Of a stretch of DNA of 64,000 nucleotides, positions 18,602 through 28,511 are shown piece after piece. A model generated the notes under the pieces. That model was not told the origin of the DNA, did no database searches, and worked only from the letters and a program-made list of their open reading frames with translations. Position 1 is the stretch's first letter, and the number at the start of each line of letters is the position of its first letter. The position numbers and the translations under genes were made by a program. Location of the stretch: assembly GCA_965219685.1 (NCBI GenBank), contig CBDCOH010000002.1, forward strand, positions 736,001 through 800,000, read 5' to 3'. Origin of the DNA: Candidatus Spongiisociaceae bacterium (GTDB taxonomy: Bacteria; Actinomycetota; Acidimicrobiia; Spongiisociales; Spongiisociaceae).

Positions 18602-20497
18602 ATTTTCCACGGTTCCGGCGGAGGTTGGTGGTCCTACCTCAACTATGACCAGAGCCAGCCGAGTCCGGAACTCGACCGCGAGCTACTGAGGCGAGTCTTC
18701 GGCTACGGCCGGCCGTACAGATGGCTGCTCATCGGCGTACTGGTCACCATCCTGGCGATCTCCATCCTGTCTGTGATCCCCCCGCTGCTGATCAGGGAGT
18801 TGGTCGACCGCGCCATCCCGGAGGCCGACATCGGCCGGTTGACGCTGCTCGGTGTGGGCATGGTGGCGGTTCCGTTGGTCAACGTGTCGGTGGGCACCCT
18901 GCAGCGATGGATGTCCGCCAAGGCCGGGGAGGGCATCATCTTCGACCTGCGTTGCAGCCTCTACTCCCACCTGCAGGCCATGTCTCTGCGTTTCTTCACC
19001 GAGACCAAGACCGGGGAGTTGATCTCACGCCTGAACAGTGACGTGGTAGGTGCGCAGACGGCGATCACCGGCACCTTCGTAACCATCATCTCCAACCTCG
19101 TATCGGTGGTCGTGATCCTGGTCGTGATGTTCCGCGCCGAGTGGCGGCTGACGCTGCTGGCGGTGGCCGCGCTACCCCTGTTCGTCTATCCGGCCCGGCG
19201 GGTGGCACAGGTCCTGAGAGGGATCACCCAGCGCCAGATGCAGCACAACGCGGCGATGGCGGCCATTCTCAACGAGACCTTCAACGTGAGCGGCGCCCTG
19301 CTCGTGAAGCTTTTCGGGCGTCGCCGGGAGGAGATGGCCAAGTTCTCCGGCGAAGCCCGGATGGTACGGGATCTCGGCGTTCGCCAGGCCCTGATCGGGC
19401 GTTGGTTCTTCGCTGCGCTCGGACTCGTCGGCGCCATTGGTACGGCGACCGTGTTCTGGGTTGGCGGCTACCTGGTGATCCGGGGCGATCTGAGCCTCGG
19501 GACGGTGGTCATGTTCTCGTCGTTGCTGGTCCAGCTCTACGGTCCGCTGTCCGCCATGTCCAATGCCAGGGTCGAGTTCGCCACCTCCCTGGTCTCGTTC
19601 GAGCGGGTGTTCGAGATCCTCGACCTACCCCACGAGATCGTGGAGCTACCCGACGCGGTCGACATCCGGCCCGTACGGGGAGCAGTCGGGTTCGACCGGG
19701 TCTTCTTCCGGTACCAGGCGGCCGGGTTCGCTGGATTGGCGTCCGCGAACCGCCCATGGGAGCTGGTGGATGGGGATGTTCCGGTCGCCCAGGCGAGCCG
19801 ACCCTGGGCGTTGGAGGACCTGAGCTTCCGGATCGAACCGGGTGAGCTCGCTGCGGTGGTCGGGCCATCGGGCGCCGGCAAGACGACGGTCAGCTACCTG
19901 GTGCCACGACTCTACGACATCGACCGCGGCCAGGTGAGCATCGACGGGGTCGATATCAGACGGGCCAAGCTGGACTCGCTGGAACACTCGATCGGGGTCG
20001 TCACCCAGGAGACGTTCCTGTTCCACGACACGATCGCTGCCAACCTCCGGTACGCCAAGCCCGATGCCGGGCAGGATGAACTGGAGCAGGCCGCCATGGC
20101 GGCCAACATCCACGACTTCGTGGTCTCCCTCACGGACGGCTACGACACGGTCGTGGGGGAGAGGGGATACCGGCTGTCAGGAGGTGAGAAGCAGCGCATC
20201 GCCCTGGCGAGGGTCATCCTCAAGGACCCTCGGATCCTGATACTCGACGAGGCCACCGCCCATCTGGACTCCGAGTCGGAGGCCCTCATCCACGAGGCGC
20301 TGGAGCGGGTGATGGTGGGAAGGACCTCGCTGGTCATCGCTCACCGTCTATCCACTATCCAGGCTGCGGACCGGATACTCGTGCTGGACGAGGGCCGCCT
20401 GGTGGAGGAGGGAACCCATGAGGACCTTCTCGAGTCGGGCGGCCTGTATGCCCGGTTGTACCGGACCCAGTTCAGGCGCCAGAAGACTTCAACCTGA
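18602..20497 (+). CDS. ABC exporter, fused permease/ATPase (MsbA/MdlB-like)
   Basis: GPSGAGKTT, LSGGEKQRIA, LILDEATA, IAHRLST; the frame is open upstream of GTG 18773 back to ATT 18602, which follows a GGGAGGT SD. Confidence 0.92.
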   Translation: MFHGSGGGWWSYLNYDQSQPSPELDRELLRRVFGYGRPYRWLLIGVLVTILAISILSVIPPLLIRELVDRAIPEADIGRLTLLGVGMVAVPLVNVSVGTLQRWMSAKAGEGIIFDLRCSLYSHLQAMSLRFFTETKTGELISRLNSDVVGAQTAITGTFVTIISNLVSVVVILVVMFRAEWRLTLLAVAALPLFVYPARRVAQVLRGITQRQMQHNAAMAAILNETFNVSGALLVKLFGRRREEMAKFSGEARMVRDLGVRQALIGRWFFAALGLVGAIGTATVFWVGGYLVIRGDLSLGTVVMFSSLLVQLYGPLSAMSNARVEFATSLVSFERVFEILDLPHEIVELPDAVDIRPVRGAVGFDRVFFRYQAAGFAGLASANRPWELVDGDVPVAQASRPWALEDLSFRIEPGELAAVVGPSGAGKTTVSYLVPRLYDIDRGQVSIDGVDIRRAKLDSLEHSIGVVTQETFLFHDTIAANLRYAKPDAGQDELEQAAMAANIHDFVVSLTDGYDTVVGERGYRLSGGEKQRIALARVILKDPRILILDEATAHLDSESEALIHEALERVMVGRTSLVIAHRLSTIQAADRILVLDEGRLVEEGTHEDLLESGGLYARLYRTQFRRQKTST

Positions 20498-20508
20498 ACC
20501 GGGTGCCC

Positions 20509-20865
20509 TCAGGTCCCTACCATTCTCGAAGCGGAGGGCGATCCGTGGGCGAGCAGCAGCAGGGTCCCGTCGTGGCACATCCACAGGTGATCGTTCGCCC
20601 TGAACCATCGATGGGGTGGCATCACCCGCAGCGCGTCGCCATCATCACCGCGCCACGGACGGTAGGCGAGGACCTCGCAGGCGGGAGCGAGGACGGCGTC
20701 GACCCGACCCACGAGTTCGTAGTCGCCGAAGACCTTGGACATGGCGTCCCACGTGTCCTCTCTGCTTCCGGGACGCCCGAAGTGGAGCCTCCCGCAGTCC
20801 TGGCAGGCAGCCACACCGATGCCGCGATGGATCGAGTGCGTCATGGGGTGGTTCAGGCAACGCAT
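20509..20865 (-). CDS. Small hypothetical protein with Cys/His motifs (possible Zn binding)
   Basis: MRCLNH...CQDC; fills the gap between the ABC gene and the SLH gene. Confidence 0.45.
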   Translation of the reverse strand: MRCLNHPMTHSIHRGIGVAACQDCGRLHFGRPGSREDTWDAMSKVFGDYELVGRVDAVLAPACEVLAYRPWRGDDGDALRVMPPHRWFRANDHLWMCHDGTLLLLAHGSPSASRMVGT

Positions 20866-21021
20866 AAATCCAATGGTGCCACGGTGGTGTGACACGGACG
20901 GTTATTTCCGAAGCGAAGGGGACGGACAGCCGGATCCGCTTCGCTTGGTGTTCTTCGAAGCCTCCGCCTTCACTGTCAGCTGCTGGGAACCTGGAGACGG
21001 TCGCTTCCCGTCTCACCTACC

Positions 21022-23742
21022 ATGAAGGGGTTGATGGCGATGCCCTATGATTTCCGGTCCGGCGGGCGGGCCTGGGCGGCCGTGGCTGTGATGCTGGTGG
21101 TGTCGGCGGGGCTGCTCGGTCAGGCCGCCTTTGGGACGGACTTCGCGGACATCCAAGAGGCCGGGGTTCATCGACCGGCCATCGATGCCCTAGATGGCGA
21201 GGGTGTGTTCAAGGGTACGGAGTGCGCGCCGGATGGCTTCTGTCCCACCGATCCGATCCCACGCTGGGTGGTGGCGGTATGGCTGGTACGGGTACTGGAT
21301 CATGGCGATCCGCGCGCAGCGGGTGGATCATCGTTTGCCGATGTGGACGGTGACGAGTGGTGGGCTCCGTTCGTGGAGCGCCTGGCGGAGCTCGAGGTAA
21401 CGGCGGGCTGCGCGGTCGATCCGTTGCGGTTCTGCCCGGAAGACCCGGTTACGAGAGCGCAGATGGCATCGTTCCTCGTCCGGGCCTTCGACCTGGATCC
21501 CGGTCCTCCGGCGGGTTTCGAGGATTTGGCGCCGGGCGGTGTCCACTCGGGGAGCATCGATGCTCTGGCCGCGGCCGGGATCACCGCCGGATGTTCCGAC
21601 GACCCGTTGCGGTTCTGTCCGGGTGATCCGGTCACGAGGGGTCAGATGGCGACCTTCCTGGCCCGCGCCGAGGGGCTCGTTCCCCTGCCCGGAACGGTCT
21701 CCTACCGGATCGGGTTCACCCGCCGGCACCTTCCAGTCGACAGGGTGTTCGTCAGGGACATCGGCGGCGCGTGGCTGGAGCGGCAGCTGGTCGGTGAGGG
21801 CGGAGGGTGGGGCCCGGTGTGGTCACCGGACGGAACGAGCATCGCGTACACGGGTCGGCTATCGCCCGTTCCCGGCACCGGGCCGAGGCTTATCGTCGTC
21901 GATCCCTATCACAGCAGCGAGCCTCGGGATCTAGGCCCCGGTCGCTCCCCGGTGTGGTCACCGGACGGCACGCGCTTGGCCTTCACCGATTCGGGGCAGG
22001 AGGGGGTCGAGGTTCTCGTGATCGGCGTGGACGGTTCCGGTCGACGAACTCTTGCGGCGGGCGAGGATCCGGCCTGGTCGCCGGATGGCGCCCGCATCGC
22101 CTTCAATCGCTCGGTCGAGGGCGTTGACGGCGTGTTCGTGGTCAATGCCGACGGCACCGGGGAGGCGTACATCGGCGAAGGCAGGCGGCCGGTGTGGTCG
22201 CCGGATGGTGCCCGCATCGCCTTCACCCGCGCGGTCGATAGCGGCGACGACATCTTCGTCACCAACCCCGACGGTTCGGATCAGCGGCGCCTCACCGACG
22301 CGGCGGGGCACGACCGGCGGCCCGTGTGGTCGCCCGACGGAGCGATGATCGCATTCGACACCGAACGTCACGGAGACCTGTCAACCGAGTCCCCGGCAAC
22401 CGAGATCTACGCGATGAGGGCCGACGGTTCCGGCCAGCAGCGGCTGACCGAAGGCGGCGGGAGGAACCGCCGTCCGGTGTGGTCTCCGGACGGCTTCCAT
22501 ATCGCCTTCACCACGGAGGAGTGGGAGTACCACTACACATACGTGATGGGAGCCGACGGGTCCAATCGCGTGCGGCTCACCACCACGACCGATGACCGGG
22601 ATCCGGTGTGGTCTCCGGACGGCTTCCATATCGCCTTCACGAGCAGCCGGGAGAGCAACCATCTGACCATGGCGATAGGTGTCGACGGCACGGGAGAGCG
22701 ACCTCTGGCCGACACGGGATCCGGGACGCCTGTCTGGTCACCCTCCGGCGCGCGCATCGCCTTCTCCTGCTGCGAGGGCTACCTCGGGTACGTGTCGGTC
22801 GTCGACACCGGGACCGGTCTCGCCCGAAGGCTGGTCGACACGGCCGGCACCGATTGGGCTCTCGAACCTGTGTGGTCTCCGGACGGTTCCCGCATCGCCT
22901 TCACCCGCTCGGTCACCAGCGACAACGACATCGGGTTCGTCGACGAGATTTTCTTCATCGACGCCGACGGGACCAACCTCTTGCAGATCACCAGAACGGA
23001 GGGAGGCGCCTACGGGTCTCGCAGGGCGGTCTGGTCGCCCGATGGCACACGCATCGCCTTCACCCGCTTCCGGGATCTCGACCCGGCTCCCTATGTGTCG
23101 AACGTGGACGCAGAACTCCTTGTGGTCAACGTCGACGGATCCGACCAGCGCCAGGTCGCCGATACGCCCGGAGACGACTACGCCCCGGTCTGGTCGCCGG
23201 ACGGCATGCGCATCGCATTCACCCATTCCACCCAGTCGAGAGACCTGATCTTCGTTGTCAGAGCGGACGGGACCGGTCAACGGTTACTGGCCTCCACCAG
23301 GGACGACCAGTGGGGTCCGGAGTGGTCTCCGGACGGTTCCCGGATCGCCTTCACGGGCCTGCCCCGTCGTCAGGGCACCCCCAGCGTCTATGTCGTCAAC
23401 GCCGATGGCGCCGACCTGAAGAGCCTCGGCCTGGGCGCCGGCCCGCGGTGGTCCCCCGACGGCACCCGTATCGCCTTCGTCGACTACGGGGACACCGGCT
23501 CCACCTGGGAGATCGTCTCGATCAACCCCGACGGGACGGACCCGAGACCTCTTACCCGAACCGGGCCCGAGACCCTCCCGACCGGACTGGTGTGGTCACC
23601 TGACGGGAACTACGTAGCGTTCAGCAGCAGCCACGACGGTGACGACGAGATATACGTGGTGAAAGCCGACGGGACCGGCCAGACGCAGCTCACCGGCAAC
23701 GACTTCTTCGCCGACACCGACCCGGTCTGGGTGCGCGAATAG
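21022..23742 (+). CDS. Secreted S-layer-homology (SLH) protein with a TolB/PD40 beta-propeller repeat region
   Basis: Signal-like N-terminus, three SLH-like repeats (FCP.DPVTRAQMASFL), 14 WSP(D/S)G repeats. Confidence 0.9.
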   Translation: MKGLMAMPYDFRSGGRAWAAVAVMLVVSAGLLGQAAFGTDFADIQEAGVHRPAIDALDGEGVFKGTECAPDGFCPTDPIPRWVVAVWLVRVLDHGDPRAAGGSSFADVDGDEWWAPFVERLAELEVTAGCAVDPLRFCPEDPVTRAQMASFLVRAFDLDPGPPAGFEDLAPGGVHSGSIDALAAAGITAGCSDDPLRFCPGDPVTRGQMATFLARAEGLVPLPGTVSYRIGFTRRHLPVDRVFVRDIGGAWLERQLVGEGGGWGPVWSPDGTSIAYTGRLSPVPGTGPRLIVVDPYHSSEPRDLGPGRSPVWSPDGTRLAFTDSGQEGVEVLVIGVDGSGRRTLAAGEDPAWSPDGARIAFNRSVEGVDGVFVVNADGTGEAYIGEGRRPVWSPDGARIAFTRAVDSGDDIFVTNPDGSDQRRLTDAAGHDRRPVWSPDGAMIAFDTERHGDLSTESPATEIYAMRADGSGQQRLTEGGGRNRRPVWSPDGFHIAFTTEEWEYHYTYVMGADGSNRVRLTTTTDDRDPVWSPDGFHIAFTSSRESNHLTMAIGVDGTGERPLADTGSGTPVWSPSGARIAFSCCEGYLGYVSVVDTGTGLARRLVDTAGTDWALEPVWSPDGSRIAFTRSVTSDNDIGFVDEIFFIDADGTNLLQITRTEGGAYGSRRAVWSPDGTRIAFTRFRDLDPAPYVSNVDAELLVVNVDGSDQRQVADTPGDDYAPVWSPDGMRIAFTHSTQSRDLIFVVRADGTGQRLLASTRDDQWGPEWSPDGSRIAFTGLPRRQGTPSVYVVNADGADLKSLGLGAGPRWSPDGTRIAFVDYGDTGSTWEIVSINPDGTDPRPLTRTGPETLPTGLVWSPDGNYVAFSSSHDGDDEIYVVKADGTGQTQLTGNDFFADTDPVWVRE

Positions 23743-23802
23743 TGAGTTCCAGGCTGCCACGCTTCATGGGGTCGGCGCGGTCGGGAGCGCGGCTCTTCAG
23801 GG

Positions 23803-24708
23803 TCAGGGGCTATCGGGCAGCCGGGTCATCCGGACATCCACCTCCAGGCGCGACTCCCCTCCTCCCTCGATGACACCTCGCGTGGGGGGCACGTCGCGGT
23901 AGTCACGACCCACCGCGGTGCGCACGTACCGCTGGTCGGCGACCGTGCGGTTGGTGGGGTCGACCCCTACCCAGCCCACTCCGGGCAGGCGCGTCTCGGC
24001 CCAGGCGTGCGTCGCTGCTCCGAAGGCGGATCCCGCGTCTCCCGGCCCGGTCCCGGTGACGTAGAGGTAGCCCGACACGTATCTCGTGGGGATTCCCCAA
24101 GAGCGGGCGATCGTCACCAACACATGGGTGTAGTCCTGGCATACGCCCTTCCGGGAGGCCAGGATTTCCTCTATCGGCGAATCGACCGACGTGGCCCCCG
24201 AAGTGTACTGGAAGGCGTCGTTGAGGGCCGAGGACAGTGCGAGCACATCGGACAGCGGATCGGCGGCGGGTGCGACACCCAGTTCCGTGACGAACTCGTC
24301 GAGGGCGGGTGAGGGTCTGGCCAGGGGGCTGGCGCCGGTGAAGTCCCACCACCGGGGATCGTTGCCCATCGATCGGACCTCTTCCCATGCACCTGTGGCC
24401 AACCTCTCCGGCAGGCATGGCGGAGGGTCCACCTCCACCGAAGCGGTCGAGACGACCTCCAGCAGCTCGTGCCGGCGGTTGACGGTGAGAACGTGCCTGG
24501 TGTTGCCGAAAGGATCGGTCTCAGTCGTGAGACCCGCAGGGGGCGTGGTGGTGACGGAGAAGTCCAGCAGCCTCTGGCGGGAGGATTCGAGGGGTCGGAT
24601 ACAGAGGGACATGGTACATCTGCGAACCGGTGCGCTGTACTCGAAACGCGACAGGTGTTCGATCCGGTAGCGCTCGGGGCTGCCCGCTCGACCCTCCGGA
24701 CGGGTCAT
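23803..24708 (-). CDS. Transglutaminase family protein
   Basis: YRIEHLSRFEY, GVCQDYTH, RYVSGY, HAWAE, DPTN, GRDYRDVPP; ATGA overlap with the alpha-E gene. Confidence 0.93.
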   Translation of the reverse strand: MTRPEGRAGSPERYRIEHLSRFEYSAPVRRCTMSLCIRPLESSRQRLLDFSVTTTPPAGLTTETDPFGNTRHVLTVNRRHELLEVVSTASVEVDPPPCLPERLATGAWEEVRSMGNDPRWWDFTGASPLARPSPALDEFVTELGVAPAADPLSDVLALSSALNDAFQYTSGATSVDSPIEEILASRKGVCQDYTHVLVTIARSWGIPTRYVSGYLYVTGTGPGDAGSAFGAATHAWAETRLPGVGWVGVDPTNRTVADQRYVRTAVGRDYRDVPPTRGVIEGGGESRLEVDVRMTRLPDSP

Positions 24709-25694
24709 TGGTCGTGGCTGCCGGTCCTCCCCGCAACCGGAGCCACGACCGGGTAGTCGAAGTAGGTCGTGGTGACGAGATCGTGCAGTTGACGGCAGGC
24801 ACTGCGAATCTTCCGGAGCAGGGTATGGCCTTCGGTCGCTCCCGGCCACTCGGTTTTGACCAGTTGGCGGATGTACTCGGCTTGGCCACGGGTGCGGGCG
24901 GTGGACTCGGCGTCCGGCCCCGGGCCGGCGGCGGTCAGTTCCCTGCACAATGCCGATACCGAAAGGCTGAGCGAATCCGGAAGCTGTGGATTGGTGGCAA
25001 GCAGGCTCAACACCCGCTCGGGTTCGATGGCGGCGCTGGAAGCGCGGTTGTAGGCCTCGAACGCGTAGTAGTGGCGCAGCAGGCTGGTCCAGTAGGCGTC
25101 GGCCGGAACCTCGAACAGCCGGACCGCGTCTATCTGGGCGATCAGCAGGGACGCGGACAGCTGGGCCCGCTCCAGGTAGTTCCCCAACTGCACGAAATGC
25201 CAGGCGTCGTCGCGGTACAGAGTTGATGAGGTCACCCCACGGAAGGTGTCGATCTGTGCAGCCGTCTCCGCGTAGAAGTTCTCCGGAGACCGCAGCCAGA
25301 TGTCCTGGATCTCCATGTCCTGGAGCCGGAGGTATGACTGGTTGAGGCATGTCCACATCTCGGCCGATATATGGTGGCGCATCTGGCGTGCGTTCTCCCG
25401 TCCTTGTACGAAGCAGGTGCGGATCGAGTCGGGGTTGGTAGGTTCGAAGGTGAGGTCGTCGGTCAGGGTGAACGAGTCGACCAGCGTGAACAGGTCATCG
25501 CTGTCGAGTTCGAGCGCCCCTGTGTGCGGCTCCCGCTCAAGGGCGCCGTAGATACGGTGCCAGCCGAAGTAGATGTCCCGGGGCGGGCTGTCCACCAGTG
25601 ACTCGCTCTGCTGCCTGAGCAGCCGGCACAGATGGCTGGCCCGTTCCAGGTAGCGGCCCATCCAGTAGAGGCCGGCGGCACTTCGTGACAGCAT
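24705..25694 (-). CDS. Alpha-E domain protein (DUF403)
   Basis: MLSRSAAGLYWMGRYLERA, RENARQMR...ISAEMW, GNYLERA. Confidence 0.93.
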   Translation of the reverse strand: MLSRSAAGLYWMGRYLERASHLCRLLRQQSESLVDSPPRDIYFGWHRIYGALEREPHTGALELDSDDLFTLVDSFTLTDDLTFEPTNPDSIRTCFVQGRENARQMRHHISAEMWTCLNQSYLRLQDMEIQDIWLRSPENFYAETAAQIDTFRGVTSSTLYRDDAWHFVQLGNYLERAQLSASLLIAQIDAVRLFEVPADAYWTSLLRHYYAFEAYNRASSAAIEPERVLSLLATNPQLPDSLSLSVSALCRELTAAGPGPDAESTARTRGQAEYIRQLVKTEWPGATEGHTLLRKIRSACRQLHDLVTTTYFDYPVVAPVAGRTGSHDQ

Positions 25695-25700
25695 GGCCGA

Positions 25701-27143
25701 TCAGTTCTCCAGAACCCAGAAGTCCTTGCCGCCCCCTCCCTGGCTGGAGTTAACCACCAGGCTGCCGCGGCGGAGGGCGATGCGGCAGAATGCTCCGGGC
25801 ACGATGCGGGTCTCACGCCCGGTCAGGATGAAGGGACGCAGGTCCACGTGCCGAGGCTCGATACGGCCCTCTATCAGGCAGGGCGCGCGGGACAGGGCGA
25901 GTGTGGGCTGGGAGATGTAGCCGGCGGGGTCAGCCCTCAGCAGCGCCGCGAACTCGTTGCGCTCGGAAGGTGTCGAGTGGGGGCCTATCAGCATCCCGTA
26001 ACCCCCCGACTCACCCACCTGCTTGACCACCAGGTGCTCCAGGTTGTCCAGGGTGTACTCGAGGTCCTCGGGGCGACGGCACAGGTACGTGTCAACGTTC
26101 TGGAGGAGGGGTTCGGCGCCGAGGTAGTAGCGGATCATGTCGGGCACGAAGGCGTAGACGCTCTTGTCGTCCGCCACGCCTGTGCCTGGGGCGTTCACCA
26201 GGGAAACGTTCCCTAGGCGCGCGGCGTGGAGCAGGCCCGGGACCCCGAGCAGCGAGTCAGGGCGGAACACCAATGGATCCAGGAAGTCGTCATCCACGCG
26301 CCGGTATATCACGTCCACCCGCCTCAGTCCGGAAGTGGTCCGCATGTACACGTGCCCGTCCTCGACCACCAGATCCCGTCCTTCCACCAGGTCGGCGCCT
26401 ATCTGGCGGGCCAGGAACATGTGCTCGTAAAAGGCTGAGTTGAAGATACCGGGGGTCAGCAGCGCCATGGTCGGCTCGGTGCGGCCCTCCGGCGCCAACT
26501 CGCGTAGCGTCTCGGCGAGGATGAGGCCGTAGTTCTCGATGTCCCGCACGCGTGACCTGCGGTACAGGAGCCGGTGCGCCGACTTGGTGGCTTTCCGGAT
26601 GGCAAGCATGTAGGACACACCCGACGGAACTCGCAGGTTGTCCTCAAGGACGCGGAAACCGTCCGTCGTACGGACCAGATCCGTCCCGCAGACCGCCACC
26701 CAGACGCCCCGGGGAGCCTCGAAACCGCGCATCTCCAAACGGTATTGCGGGCAGCCTCGGACCATGTCGGCCGGTATGACCCCATCCCTGACGATGCGGG
26801 CCTCCCCGTAGATGTCCTGGAGGAAGCGGTTGAGCGCGGACAGACGCTGCTCCAGTCCGGCTGTCAGCATGCCCCACTCCGTCGCCGACATCACCCGCGG
26901 AATGCAGTCGATGGGGATAATGCGTTCGGTCTCCTCGTCGTCGCCGTAAACGGTGAAGGTGATCCCTTCATTGGTGAACGAGCGGGTGACCCACTCGCCG
27001 ATGGCGCTCAGGTCGGGAGGTGACAGCCGTCCGAGTGCGTCGTGGAGCTCACGGGCGGGGAGACGGGCCGAGCCATCGGCTTCGAACATCTCGTCGAAGA
27101 CAGCGTCTTCCAGGTCGTAGGCGTCGAAGTTCACCGCGACCAC
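25701..27143 (-). CDS. Circularly permuted type-2 ATP-grasp protein
   Basis: LEDNLRVPSGVSY, YRRVDDDFLDP, GVADDK, SGGYGMLIG, VNSSQGGGGKD. Confidence 0.95.
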   Translation of the reverse strand: MVAVNFDAYDLEDAVFDEMFEADGSARLPARELHDALGRLSPPDLSAIGEWVTRSFTNEGITFTVYGDDEETERIIPIDCIPRVMSATEWGMLTAGLEQRLSALNRFLQDIYGEARIVRDGVIPADMVRGCPQYRLEMRGFEAPRGVWVAVCGTDLVRTTDGFRVLEDNLRVPSGVSYMLAIRKATKSAHRLLYRRSRVRDIENYGLILAETLRELAPEGRTEPTMALLTPGIFNSAFYEHMFLARQIGADLVEGRDLVVEDGHVYMRTTSGLRRVDVIYRRVDDDFLDPLVFRPDSLLGVPGLLHAARLGNVSLVNAPGTGVADDKSVYAFVPDMIRYYLGAEPLLQNVDTYLCRRPEDLEYTLDNLEHLVVKQVGESGGYGMLIGPHSTPSERNEFAALLRADPAGYISQPTLALSRAPCLIEGRIEPRHVDLRPFILTGRETRIVPGAFCRIALRRGSLVVNSSQGGGGKDFWVLEN

Positions 27144-27269
27144 CCGTCCCCGCCGTCACTCGACGTATCGACCCCTGTCACATCATCCCTTCGGTGTTTC
27201 CCTACCACCACCAGGCTAGAGCCTCGCAGGACGGCCCGAGGGATGCTACCGATAACACCACGTCTCCGG

Positions 27270-27809
27270 CTACGTCCGATCGAGCGGGTGATGCTTCGTC
27301 AACCCGGTCCCGCCGGCCGCCGGCCCGGCGTGTCGGGCGGGTTGGGGGATCAGTAGGACGGGGACCCTGGATGCGGTGGCGACCTTCATCGAGATGCTGC
27401 TCCATGCTGACTCGTCGAACAGGCGCCGGGTCGTGCCCAGCACGATCACGTCGGCGGCGACGGCCTCGGCAGTTCCGATGATCCCCTCCGCGACGTCGTC
27501 TGCTTCCACGAACACGGTGCGGGGCTCGATGTTGCGAGCATGCAGTGCCGCTAAGACCGGCGCCGCCATCTTCGAGCCTCTCTCGTCCACGTAGCGCTCG
27601 GCAGCGCTGAGGGTTCCTGGTTCGGCATGCTCGCCGGGAGTGTCATCGAAGGGTCGCCAGTCGTCGTCGGTTAACTCATCGAGGAAATCGTGGGGTGTCT
27701 GGGTGACATTCGTGACTGTCACCCTTCCGCCTCTCCCCGCCAGGACCTCGACGAAGTGGGCGACCGGCTCCGGAGGAAGTACCCCGGCCGTGGCTACAAG
27801 CAGGTGCAT
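27270..27809 (-). CDS. Universal stress protein
   Basis: ADVIVLGT...SSISMKVATASRVPVLLIP; TAGATT box 7 nt before ATG. Confidence 0.8.
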   Translation of the reverse strand: MHLLVATAGVLPPEPVAHFVEVLAGRGGRVTVTNVTQTPHDFLDELTDDDWRPFDDTPGEHAEPGTLSAAERYVDERGSKMAAPVLAALHARNIEPRTVFVEADDVAEGIIGTAEAVAADVIVLGTTRRLFDESAWSSISMKVATASRVPVLLIPQPARHAGPAAGGTGLTKHHPLDRT

Positions 27810-27964
27810 TACCCAGAATCTAGGCGCTCATCCGGGCCGGCGCGGGTCAGATTCGGCCTGTTATCAACGTGGGAGGATGCCGGGATCGGTCGCTGTCGCG
27901 GTTACTCTCGCACTGTCGCCTTCGCCCGGAAGGCGGCCACGTTTGCGTCGAGACAGGAGGCGGA

Positions 27965-28465
27965 GTGCCTGAGCCCGCATTGATCAATCGGGTCACCTGG
28001 ATGATCCCGAACGCCTTGGCGTTGGTGGGATCACGCTCGGGAGACGAATGGAACGGGATGACCGCTTCGTGGATAACGCAACTGTCGATGGAACCGGTGA
28101 TCATCGGGATCGGTGTCGACAACAAGGCGGTCACCCACCGACTCATCAGCCGCGGAGGTTCCTTCAGCGTCAACCTGTGGTCGCCCGGCGACACCCGGGT
28201 GTTCGTCAAGTTCTCCAAACCTGCGCGCAAAGACGGGATGACGCTCAACCGGAGGTCCATCCGGGAGGGCGTGACGGGAGTGCCGATCTTCGAGGAGTCG
28301 ATCGCGTGGATGGAGTGCGAGGTGCGTCGAACGATCGACTTCGGTACTCACACGCTCTTCGCGGGCGAGCTGGTAGCAGCAGGCATCACCGACGACCCGG
28401 GCAGGGCGGCATGGATGGGTGACACCCGGATGAAGTACGGAGGCGTGAAGCGGGGAGGGCACTGA
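27965..28465 (+). CDS. Flavin reductase family protein
   Basis: NGMTASWITQLSMEP, FSVNL, AWMECEV, GTHTLFAGE. Confidence 0.88.
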   Translation: MPEPALINRVTWMIPNALALVGSRSGDEWNGMTASWITQLSMEPVIIGIGVDNKAVTHRLISRGGSFSVNLWSPGDTRVFVKFSKPARKDGMTLNRRSIREGVTGVPIFEESIAWMECEVRRTIDFGTHTLFAGELVAAGITDDPGRAAWMGDTRMKYGGVKRGGH

Positions 28466-28511
28466 TGCCTGCCTCGCAGCCCTGCCATTCCCTAGCCGCT
28501 GCGACAGCCTG

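Noticed and set aside
24709-25356. Extended N-terminus of the transglutaminase
   Set aside because: Overlaps the alpha-E gene in another frame; ATGA coupling at 24705-24708 marks the true start.
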